This document shows positions 1 to 12,300 of a DNA stretch of 64,000 nt, one piece after another. Source of the DNA: Glaucostegus cemiculus (Eukaryota); the NCBI GenBank assembly GCA_976551045.1, contig CDPCPM010000007.1, forward strand, positions 10,726,001-10,790,000. The letters run 5' to 3'. Under the pieces are notes generated by a model. It was not told where the DNA came from, did not search any database, and saw nothing but the letters and a program-made list of their open reading frames with translations. Position 1 is the first letter of the stretch; each line of letters begins with the position of its first letter. The translations under genes were made by a program, and so were the position numbers.

Positions 1-1110
1 TCCTTTTCTTGAGCAGAGCCTCAATATCTCATCAGCCAAGTTTCCCTAAATTTGCCAGATTTACCCTTCACTCTAACAGGAATATGCTGTTCCTGGACTC
101 TTGACAACACACTCTTGCCCTGCTTCGTTCCTAAGAGAAGGTCCAGTATTGCACCCTCCCGAGTAGGGCCCTCTATATATTGACTCAGGGAACTTTCCTG
201 GACACATTTCACAAATTCCACCCCTTCTAGCCCCTTAACACTCTGTGTAATCCAGTCAATATCAGGGAAATTAAATTCTCCAACTAATACAGCTCTATTA
301 TTCTTACATCTATGAGCAATTTCTCCACACACCTGCTCCTCAAGTTCCTGCTGACTATTTGGGGGGGGGGGTCTATAATACAGCCCCATTAGAGTGACCC
401 TCCCTTTCTAGTTTCTAAGTTCTACCCATATGGCCTCACTGGACGATCCCTCAAGAATGTCATCTCCAAGTACTGCTGTCACGCCCCTTCTTATCAAAAA
501 GGCAACACTCCTTCCTTGCTCACCTCTACCTCTGTCATGCCTGTAGCATCTGAATCGTGGAATACTGAGCTGCCGGTGCTGCCCTTCTCTCAGCCATGTC
601 TCTGTTATGGCTATAACATACCAGTCCTCGGAGCCAATGCACGCTCCAAGTTTGTCCAACTTACTTGGTAAACCACGTGAATTGAAATAAATGAATTTTC
701 CTTTCCCTGTCTTTACTGCACCCCTGGCTATCCTGATTACTAAATTTGCTCTCACTGGCTACTGCTTTATCCTATGATCTGCTCTTGCTCAGAATCCCAC
801 CCCACTTCCAATCTAGTTTAAACCCTCCAGTGTAGCAAATTTCCCTGCAAGGATATTGGTCCCTCTCTGGTTCAAGTGCAATCCTTCCCTCTTGTACAGG
901 TCACCTCTATCCCAGAAGAGATCCCAATGGTCCAAGAACCCGATTCCCTGCCCCCTGTGCCAACTGCTTAGCAACAAATTCATCTGGCCTATCCTTCTAC
1001 TTCATACCTTGCTAGCACGTGGTGCTGGGAGTAATCCGGAGATCACTACCCTCAAGGTTCTGCTTCTTACCTTCCCTCTCAAGAATCTTTCTGCATTCAC
1101 TCAGAGACAT
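1..1110 (-). mobile_element. CR1 LINE fragment (end of ORF1 and APE endonuclease of ORF2), decayed
   Basis: ORFs 408..755 (IAITETWL, IWVELRN) and 21..389 (YYRPP, GEFNFPDIDW, LDLLL). Confidence 0.9.
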
Positions 1111-1117
1111 CATTGAC

Positions 1118-3085
1118 CTTGGCACCATAAAGGTGGATAGACTACTGGGACCTGACAGCTGTATCCTTAATGTTATGGAACGTGAGGGAGGAGACTGATG
1201 GGGGACTGGCAGAGATTTTTTAATATCTTCATCAGCCATAGGCGAGGTAAAAGAAGACTGAAAGAAAGCTAATGATGTGCCTTTATTTAAGATGGGCAGC
1301 AGGGATAAGCCAGGGACCAACAAGCTGGTGAGCCTTACAGTGTTGGGAAAGTTATGGAAGGACTTCAGAGGAACAGGATTTACTTACATTTGGAGAGGAA
1401 AGGGCTGATTAGGGATGGTTAGCATGGGTTTGTGCATGGGAAGTCATGTCTCACAAATTTGATTGACTTCTTTTTGAAGAGGTGACTGAAGAGGACAGGG
1501 AAGTAGATGCTGTCTATATGGACTTCAGCAAGGCTTTGCAAGATTCAGAATGGTCGACAGGTCTTGAGGAATGGAACACAAGGGATCCAGGGTGAGCTAG
1601 CAAACTGGAAACAAAATTGGCTTGATGGTAGGAGTCAAACAGTGGTAGTAGAGGTTGTTTTTCCAGAATGGAGGACTTTTTTTTCGTTTGTGTGCAACAG
1701 GGAATGGTGCTGTGCCTTACGCTGTTTGTCATATATTAATCATTTGAATGAGATTGAAGGTGGCATGATTAGTAAGTTTATATATGACACAAAATTAGTG
1801 ATATAGAGGACAGTGAAGAAGGCTATGTAAAATTACAACAGTATATACTAGGCAAGGAAATGGCAGATAGAATTTAACTCAGACAAGTGTGAAGCGATGC
1901 ATTTGGGGAAGCTAAACCAGGGTAGGACCAACACAGTGAATAACAGGGCCCTGGGGAGTGTTGAGGTAGCTTAGGGTACTAGTACACAGTTCCCCGAAAG
2001 TGGCATACAAGTAGACCTGGTGAGGAAGACATATGGTGTACTTGACTTCAACTTTTAATACAAGAGTTGGGATGTCACATACCAGGCATTGAGTATAAGA
2101 GATGGGATGTCACATTATAGTTGTACAAAATGACAATTAGGCCACACCTGAAGTACTGTGTTAAGTTCTGGTCATATTATAGGAAGGATGTAATTAAGCT
2201 AGAGAAGGTAAAGAAAAGATTCAAAAGGATATTGCCTGGTTTGGAGGGTCTGAGTTATAAAGAGAGATTGGGTCAGTTGGGACTTTTTTCCCCTGGAGCA
2301 AAGGAGGTTGAGAGGTAACATGATAGAGATATGTAAGATTATGTGAGGTACAGATAGTGTAGATAGTCAGTGTCTGATAGGGGTGCCTAAAACTAGAGGG
2401 CATTGGCTTAATGTGAGGGAGAAGGTTTAAAGGATATCTGAGGGGGAATTTTTTTTAAACAAGAAATAGTTGGTATCTGGAATGAACTGCCAGGGGTGGA
2501 GGCAGAATCAGAATCAGAATCAGTTTTATTGTCACAACCATATACATACATGGTACGCATAGGAGCGAGATACCGTCCTCCACAGGAACACGTCTCATAG
2601 AAAAGAATAACATAACAACCAACAGACAGACACATACACACTTGGCAGAATACACAGTACAAAACATTACCCATTAGTTCTTACTAATAAATAGATCTTA
2701 AAGTGAACGGGCTGGTGTCAGGCATTTAAAGTGCTGGTGCATTTCTGTGCACCTAGCATCTCCTAGTGTTAACAAAGGAAGATGGAGGGATGAGAGAGTT
2801 TGCAGTTCTTATGGCTTGCGGAAAGAAGCTATTGTTCAGCCTGGACGTTCTTGCCCTGATACATTTAAGCCTCCTCCCTGATGGCAAAATTGTGGTGGGA
2901 GGGGTGAGAGGGGTCGGCCATTATGCTTTTTGGAACAGTAATAACATTTAAGAGGCATCTGGACAGAATGAGTAAGGCATAGAGGGATCTGAAATTAATC
3001 TGGGCATGTGGGATTAGTAATAGACAGGCATGATGGTCAGAATAGGCGAAGTGAGCTGAAAGGCCTGTTTCTATCCTGTACACCT
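1118..3085 (+). mobile_element. CR1 LINE 3' part (RT and 3'UTR), interrupted by a Rex1 fragment
   Basis: RT remnants (MDFSK, NWLDGRSQ, SKFxx[20 protein letters not shown]). CR1 tail ends in ..gctgaaaggcctgtttct. Confidence 0.9.
2505..2935 (-). mobile_element. Rex1/Babar-like LINE 3' end nested in CR1
   Basis: [20 protein letters not shown]-terminus, 3'UTR, AATAAA and (GATTCT)n tail. Close to the copy at 24519-24925. Confidence 0.85.
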
Positions 3086-3198
3086 CAATGACAACTTTTA
3101 AGTTACCCTGTAGCAATGCTACTAATAGTTCTTAGTTATAAGCAATAAATAACTAACTACACCAAATTTACAATCAATAAATCAATCTGAAATTTCAC

Positions 3199-3338
3199 CT
3201 GCATTTGGGAAGGAGTTCCACATTATTTGGATTGCATTCCTCCAGCTTTGCTTCACTGGAATAATTAATTACAGCATCGGGATGGGATTTGTCTGGGTAG
3301 TCTGAAGAATCAACACCTTTTCTTTCTGTCTCCATGAG
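3199..3338 (-). CDS. Probable SUR-like coding exon 13 (TMD1-NBD1 linker: [22 protein letters not shown])
   Basis: Within ORF 3195..3464. tttcttgcag| acceptor, CAG|gtgaaa donor. Only the phase-0 frame is open, matching the previous exon. The linker is poorly conserved, so homology support is weak. Confidence 0.7.
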
Positions 3339-6300
3339 CTGCAAGAAAGTTCCAGTAAATAATTCTTTTAAAATTAAATGGAATGAGCAACAAAGTTTTT
3401 TTTTAAACATAGGTTTAAAGTAATTATCCATGATGACCATTAAAGACCAAATAGGGCATTTCAATAGAAATTACTTCATTCTATTTCCATACACTTTTAT
3501 TTAAATCTTGCAAAATCATGAAACAATAGGTACGATCACCTAATGTTCCAAAGTTCTGCCCATCTGATCAAGCAACCAAACTTAAACTGATGCCTCAGCA
3601 TTAATTAGGAACACACAAGAAAAAGCACTCCCCTTGAATTTGCTCTACCATTCACTGAGATTGTGATTGATCACTGGTCTAAACTTAGTCTGGCAAAAAT
3701 CTATCAATCTGTAATTTAAAATTATTAATCAATATTTCAGAGGGAATTGAACAAAGAGGTTTTTTTTAAACTCTCTTGGTCTGCCTCTTTAAACATTACG
3801 TCCCTTTGTACTAGATTTCTCCCATCAGCAGAAACAGGAAATGCATCTGAAAGCACATCTTTACACAAACAATGGAAACGAGACACTCTCTCCCGCAAGC
3901 TGTTCAGGGTAGGTCAATTTTTCTCTCTTAACAGTTACCTGATCTGCTGAACTGCTTATGCTATCCTGGTGTGGGCTACTAAAAATGACTTTTATTTCCA
4001 TGGGATTCCATTAGTCCTTTCCGATTATTTTCTTTATCTGGACCCATGAATCTCTTGGAATTTTGACTATTTCTAGCTTCTCACTATTTAGAACAGAATC
4101 TTTTCTTTCATTTCCAGATTCACATATTAGCTTATCATGAGCAACAAACAATCTACTGGAGAAACAGATGAAAGGAATTGTAGATGGGTCGAGAATTCCT
4201 TTCCTCCCACAAATGCTGCTCAACACGCTGAGTTCCTCCAGCAGATTGTTTGTTGCTCCAGATTCCAGCATCTACAGTCTTTTGCATCTCCATTAGCCAT
4301 AATTTGACCTATTTACTTACGTTACACTTTGCAGTTTTATCCTCCCATCTACACTACTTACAATGTCACATGTTTTTATGTCCTCGGTAAATATGGAAAG
4401 GTGCCTTCCCATGCCATCATTAAAATAGTTCATTGGCAGAATGAAAAGTTCCACCAGAGGGCAGAAATCCTCATCACAATTAAAATATATCTGGGTTGAG
4501 CACAAGTTACAGCACAACTTAATGGGGCTATGAACCAGAGCTAGGAAGTAGGAAAAGGCTAGGTGACTCTGTTCAACAGTCATGATAGACTAAAAGGCCT
4601 GCTTCTGTACTGTAAATTACTATGATTATATTCTATGATTCTTATTTCTCATTCCTGGTTTAATTACTTCATGTCTTTTTAACTTTCCCTTTATTTGCAG
4701 ACTCTAAAGCACAATTACTTAATTTGTTTAGATTTGTTAATAAAGCTGAGGAAAGGTTATTGACCTGAAATCTTAATTCAGTTTCTCTCTCCATAGATGG
4801 TGCCTGATCAGCTGTGCAGTTCTAGCATTTTCTGTCTTAATTTCAGGTTTCCAATATCTGCAGTATATGGCCTTTGTAGTATTACTGCATTATCTGCTTC
4901 CCCAAGCACCCTCACCTATCACATTTATTTTATTTATCCTTTCCAACCCTTTGAAACCACTGTTTTCATTGAGCTAGTTGAAGATGCCCTGCAGAAGGGC
5001 AAAGTTCTGAAAGCTAAAATCCCCATTGAATTGGATGCAGGCTTAATCTTTTGGTAAAAAGAAATTTTCACTGAGTGTAACAACATGAAATAGCATGTTG
5101 GGTATAATCCAAACCTTAAGGCCAAGTATACCAGATGCCAAGGAGAACACAAGATGCCTCAGAATAAGTAATAATTTAAAATGCTCGAGAGAATGAAAAA
5201 CTGAGACCCTTTTCCAGGAAAAAAAAGTAGGCATTTTATTGACTATGATATTACTATGTACATTTATCTTTGCCCATTTCTCTTAATATTTACAAAAATT
5301 TAAAACAAATTTAAAACTCTTAATTCAGCATCATTTGCTGTTAACAGAGGAGTTCAAACTGTTTATTACTTTCATCACCTCTTCAAAACTCGAAGCTATC
5401 TTTCTCATCAGCCAGACACATTCATTGTATTGAATTACTCTTTATCAAGTTGTTCTCACAATAAAACAAAACAATTCTTACAATTCCCAAAATAATATTG
5501 CATCCCTACATGGATCATTGAATATATTGGCCTGGATTTTGCAGTAAAGATAACAATTTTTACAAATGACAAAAATAACAAAAAAAAGTCCTTGCAGCTT
5601 TTTGAGAATAAATCAAAAAGCAATTTCACGTGTCCAGACATGCAAGGCTAAATGTTGCTCTGTGGAAAATGCTGCCTTATTCCTCTAGGAACTTTGCTAT
5701 ACTGGTATCAAGCCCTGAGTTTCACCAATGAAACACACTGAAAATGTTTAGTTGCAATGGTTACCTATAAGATAACCATGAAATTCACCAGAGGGAAAAA
5801 ATAATTCATGCCCATTCTGTTACAGGTGATTTATTTTCCCTCAGTGCAATTATAAAATGTAATTACCACCAAACAATCTTTAGCACTGAAAAATAATGTT
5901 TTATAATTACTTTTCTTCCTTTCTCAACATTGTTTTTCTTTCACACTCTTTATCTTGTTTTCCTCATATGATTTAGCATTGAGTTAACTACTGAATATTA
6001 AACTCTTAGTTCAGACTTTGTACTGAATGTTAAGGATACTTGAGAAGATACACAGTTGATTGTTTTGCTTACAGAGGTCCCAGATCTCTAGCAGAGGTTG
6101 CTTTGGTGAAATGGATTTCTAATTACAAGTTCCATTTCAAAACCACGCAGGTCTGTGGTTAAATACAAGTGTAATGAAGAGTTAGCAATGTTCATTGCAA
6201 ATATCAATCTTAAATTCCTAATCATACTTAATCCTGGCTTCCTCGAGCATTTTTGAAAGCCTTTTCTTTTTGAAATACTGTAAAAACATAGCCTGAGTTT

Positions 6301-9300
6301 AACTTCTGTAGTTCTTTTAGTCAAGATGATATCAGTTTTATTTAAAATACAAGATTATCAACTACTCCTTACTTCAACAGGCAAGTATCCATTTTTACCA
6401 GATGTATCCAGGAGATTTACATGGTATCCTGCATCTTTATGTTCAATGTCAGATCCTGTTATTCGCTTCAGTTCCTCAATGTTAAAAAAAGATGCTATTC
6501 GGCGAAAGCTAACAATTCCATTCACGACTGTTTTTGCAATCTGTGGTAAAGTGGATAGGAATTAGATTGGTGACTGAATTTAAACAAGACAGAAAAAGGA
6601 GTAACATTAATTCTGGAAGATGAGGGATAGATGTGGAATAACTTGTATCAATAAACTCATTAAATCAACATTTTAAAAAATAATCTACACAGCAAGCTAA
6701 AATATGCAGTCGTGACAAAATATAGAGTTCAATTAAATTACAGACATCAATACCTAATACCCAACTGCAACGAACAGCCCATTTCTTGAGTTCTCACATC
6801 ATATTCAATGATGTTATGTGTCAGCTTAATATAATGTTACACCTGTAATATAACTGTAAGCAAGGAGGCAAAAATGTAAATGTGTCCCAATGGTTATGTG
6901 CTCAATCATTCAGTTTAAGCAAAAACCACTTGTTCCTTCAGCATTATGCTAACATCAAAACTTTACACTGCATTTGGATTGTTGAAGACTATAATATTAG
7001 CATAATAACTTCATGTCATATGCTTAATTGCAAAGCATTATGTTCTGATTTTGAACAGAACAAAAACAAAGTCACAGAAGTACCCTCACATAACAAATAT
7101 TTCAGTTCACGGTTAAAACACGTAACTGGAAACAAAGCTCAATTCTCTTTGAAAAATCCAATAAAATTATCCTTTGTTATATTCAAAATATTTCAAGTCT
7201 TGCATATTTATAGCACATCATTAGCTAGACTGCATCAAAGATGGGGCCACTTTACTAAGTAACAATGAAGAATCATTCTGGTACTAAAATGCAACTATGT
7301 GTTTGTGTCTTTGCAGTAGGCCAGCTGGTTGAATTTATACTGAATGCTTTCCGTAGTTTTGATAACTACCATAGTGAGAACACAAAACACACCGCAGCCT
7401 AATCAAAATTCATTTTAATTTATAACTTTACAAAGAAATGAAACAATGGTGACTCTGTCCGATGTTTTCCTTTATCATGAACATGAACAATAGTTCTAAT
7501 CTTATGTGGCGCATTCCAATATTCTTAATTTCATTTTCCTTCAACTAATAATTAATCCATTTCTTAAATGTTGAGATACTCTCAACTTCAATCCCCAACT
7601 TTGGTAATGCATTCGGTTTCACAACTCCATTTCCCCCCATTCTAAATCTATATCAGATGCACAATTTACTTACTGGTCCATGTAAAGGTACCTGCAGAGT
7701 TTTCTATGAAGGGAATTCCACGATCTTGACTCTTGAATTAGGAACTTGTTGTTCCGATACTAGTTGTAATCTTAATGACTATACATTGCAAACCCTCTAT
7801 TACCCCAGCATTTGACCTGCAGTGCAGACACCAAAATAGTAGAGTACTGGATCTTTGGTTTTTATGTAGATTAAGCATGATTACCTAGTTTCAAATTAAA
7901 CCTAGTATTCTGTAACATTTGGGGCTTTATCCTGTCATTGAGAGCTTTTAAATGTTAACCAAATTCCAAACAGCCCTTCACTCTTTCAAATCACTCTGCT
8001 TTCTCTTTTGCAAAGTACCAGTTTCCTTCTTAACCAAAAAATACTGATTACCGTACATTACCTATGTGCTCATTCCACTAAATGAATAGTCTTGTAAGAC
8101 ATAGAGGATCCACAGAATTGTTTACTAAGAGTTTTATTTTGATACTACATATAAATATGAACACCATACCTTTTTGCCTTGTACTCAAATCACAGGGGGG
8201 CACAATGAGCCCAAATGATCTTAGAAAGAATTCTTAAATCAACTCTGCTTACTCACATTTTACTAATATTAATCCAATTTGCTACTTCCCTTACATTGTG
8301 TCTTTTTGATTAATCTCTTGCATATTAACTTGGTTTATTTAAAAGTCCACTTGTATCATATCCATGGCATTGCCCATTAACTGCCCTATTACTCTTACAT
8401 TCTTTGCCCCATTAAAAAAAAATTCAGAAGTTTGTTTTATAGTTTTACCTACCAGTTTTGATTTTTAAAGGAATTATGTATTTGGTCTGAAATATTTTAC
8501 CTTGCATACTTCCACACGAAATTGAACTTTCTTCTTACCAGGTCACCCTAATCATTAATCCAGAATTTCCTGTTCGTGGCAGTCTTCCTACGTATATGTT
8601 GACAACTTTTAGATTTTGCTCCCTTATCTCAGGATCAAATTTGTATAGCTAGTATATTAATACATCTAAAAACGGAGTAGTTACTACTCAGGGCCACGTG
8701 ATCAACATTTTGTTTTATAACTTTTGGGTGTCCTGATTGTCAATCTGCTTCAAATGTCTTTCAAAATTCTATGCATTTAGTCTATTTACATGATCTATTC
8801 AATTATTTACATCTTCAAAATAACAAGGTCAAAGTTCTATTTCCAGATGTGTTTAGTTGAGTCACTACTGATTGCATATTAACCCCAAAATGATGGTGTG
8901 GGCATATGCATGGAAATCAGATGGATCCAGGATGGATCAGCTGTATCATTTCCCAAGAGCTACTAGTCCAGATCACTGAGATGTTCACACATAACAAGAA
9001 ATAAATAATTGGACAAGGTGCAAGAAGGCAAGTCAAAGTCTTCAGAAAAAGGGAAGTGGGAACGTTTTCAAGATAAAGGAAAAAGGGAAAATAATTCTAA
9101 AACATATCCACAGAACTAAAAATGTTAAAAATTTCTAATGTTTAAAATGTGAAACTGAATTAAGTGCACACTAAATGTGATTAATTACCTATCCAATAAT
9201 TCCACACTGATTTTCAATGCCACATACACAGAGTTTAGCATTAAATGAGCTAAATAAGGTTACAGGTAGAGTAAATTTTTTAAAAAAGATTTTAGTATGT

Positions 9301-12300
9301 TTACTTGTTTTAGACCACAAGACATAGGAACAGAATTAGGCCATTCAGCCCATTGAGTCTGCTCCACCATTCGTTCATGACTGATTTACTTTTCCCTCTC
9401 AACCCCATTCTTCTGTCTTCTCCCTGTAACCTTTGATGCCCTTACTAATCAAGAACCTAACAACCTCTGCTTTAAATATCCACAATGACTTGGCCTCCAC
9501 AGTTGTCTGTGGCAATGAATTCCACAGATTCACTACCATATGGAGAAAGAAATTCCTCCTCATCTCTGTTCTAAAGGAATGTCCTTCTGTTGTGAGGTTG
9601 TGCCCTCTGGTCCTAGACTCTTCCACTACTGGAAACATCCTCTCCAGGTTCACTCTATCCAGGCCTTTCAATATTTGGCAGGTTTCAATGAGATTTCCCC
9701 TCATCCTTCTAAACTCCAGCAAATACAGACATACAGCCATCAAAGTCTCCTCATACATTAAACCTTTCATTGCCAGGATCATTCATGACAACCTCCTCTG
9801 ACCCTTTCCAACACCAGCACACCCTTCCTTAGATATGGGGGCCAAAACTGCTCACAATACTCCAAATGCAGTCTGACCAATGCCTTATAAAGCCTCAGCA
9901 TTACATCTTTGCTTTTATATTCTTGTCCCCTCACAATGAATGTTAACATGGCATTTGGCTTCCTTACTACTGACTCAACCTGCAGGTTAACCTACAGGGA
10001 ATCCTGCACTAGGATTTCAAGTCCCTTTGCACCTGATTTCTGAATTAGCTCCCCGTTTAGAAAATAGTCTATGCCTTTATTCCTTCTACTAAAGTGCATG
10101 ACCATACACTTCCCTACGCTGTATGTCATCTGCCACTTCTTTGCCCATTCTCCCAACCTGTCCAGTCCTTCTGCAGACTCCCTGCTTCCTCAACGCTACT
10201 TGCTCCTCCACCTATCATTGTATCATCTGCAGACTTGGCCACAGAACCATCAATTCCGTCATCCAGATCATTAACATGTAATGTGAAAAGCAGCAGACCC
10301 AACACTGAGCCCTGCAGAACACCACTAGTCACTGGCAGCCAACCAGAAAAGGCACCCTTTTTACTCCCACTCTTTGCCTTCTGCCAGTCAGCCAATCTTC
10401 TATCCATGCTAGTACCTCTCCTGTAATACCATGGGCTCCTATCTTGTTTAGCAGCCTCATGTGCAGCACCTTATCAAAGGCCTTCTGAAAATCCAAGTAA
10501 ACAATATCCACTGATTCTCCTTTGTCTATCCTACCTGTTACTTCTTCAAAGAATTCCAACAGATTTGTCAGGCAAGGTTTACCCTTAAGGAAACCATACT
10601 GACTTCAGCCTATTTTATCATGAGCTTCCAATTACTGAAGTCAGGTTAACTGGCCTATAACTTCTTGTCTTTTGCCTCCCTCCCTGCCTAAAGAGTGGAG
10701 TGATATTTCTGATTTGCCAGTCTCCTGGAACCATTCCTGAATCTAGTGATTCTTGAAAGGTCACTACTGATTCCTCCACAATCTCTTCAGCTACCTCTTT
10801 CAGAACCTTGGGGTGTAGTCCATCCGATCCAGGTGACTTATCTACCTTTAGAACTTTCAGCTTCCCGAGCACCTTCTCCTTAATTAACAGCGATTACGTT
10901 CACTTCTGCCTCCTGACACTCACAAATTTCTGGCACGTTGCCGGTGTCTTCCACAGTGAAGACTGACGCAAAATACTTATTCAGTCCATCTGCCATTTCT
11001 TTGTTCCCCATTTCTACTTCTCCAGTGTCGTTTTCCAGTGGTCCGATGTCTTCTCTTGCCTCCCTTTTACTTTTTATATACATACGAAAAAACTTGGTAT
11101 CCTCCTTTATATTATTGGCTAGCTTACCTTCATATTTCATCTTTTCTCCCCCCATTACTTTTTTTAGTTGCTTTTTGTTGGTTTTTAAAAGCTTCCTAAT
11201 CCTCTATTTTCCCACTAATTTTTGTAATATTATATGCCCTCTCCTTTGCTTTTATGCTGTCAATGACTTCCCTTGTCAGCCATGGTTGCCTCATCCTCCC
11301 CTTAGAATGCTTCTTCTTCTTTGGGATGAACTAGTCCCGAGTCTTCCAAATTACTCACAAAAACTCCTGCCATTGCTGCTCTACTGTCATCCCTGCCTGG
11401 GTCCCCTTCCAATCAACTTTGGCCAGTTCCTCTCTCTTGCCTCTGTAGTTACCTTTACTCAACTGTAATACCTATACATCCAATTTTAGCTTCTCCCCCT
11501 CAAACTGCAGGGTGAATTCTTTCATAACATGATCACTGCTTCCTAAGGGTTCCTTTACCTTAAGCTCCCTAATCAAATCTTCACAGTACAACACAAAATC
11601 CAGGTTTGCCTCTCCCTAGTGGGCTTGACCACAAGCTGCTCTAAAAAGCCATCTTGTAAGCATTCAACAAATTCCTTTTCTTGGAATTTAGAACCAGCCT
11701 GATTTTCCCCAATCTACCTGCATATTGAAATCCCCCATGACCGTAACATCCCCCATAGCATTGCTCTTTTTACATGCCTTTTCTATCTCCTGTTGTAATA
11801 TATACCCCACATCCTGGCTACTATTCAGAGGCCTGTATGCAACTCCCAACAGGGTCTTTTTATCCTTGCAGTTTCTTAACTCTACCCATAAGAATTCTAC
11901 ATCTTCTGATCCTATATCACTTCTTTCTAAGAATGTGATTTCATCTTTTACCAACAGAGCCACCCCACCCCCTCTGCCCAGCTGCCTGACTTCTCGATAT
12001 GATGTATATCCATGGATGTTTAACTCCCAGCTGTGGTCTTCTTTTAACCACGACTCTGTGATGTCCACAACGTTGTACCTGCCAATTTTTAACTGCGCCA
12101 TAAGCTCATCTACCTTATTTCATGTACTGTGCGCATTCAAATATAACACCTTCAGTCCTGTATTCACCACCCTTCTCAAATTTGTCTCCATGTTGCCTGA
12201 AGTTAGATTCTTATCCCTTTCTAAACTTTGCTTTAGTCTTTATTCTGGAGACTTCAGTAACCTCTCCTTCCCTTTTACTTTATCCATACTTTTCCAATTT

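Noticed and set aside
4011-4140. Open frame ..[30 protein letters not shown] as an extra linker exon
   Set aside because: No usable donor before the stop, and the upstream part of the ORF is a repeat.
7317-7402. Plus-strand acceptor followed by [27 protein letters not shown], a possible nested gene exon
   Set aside because: Short, no recognisable homology, and no partner exons found.
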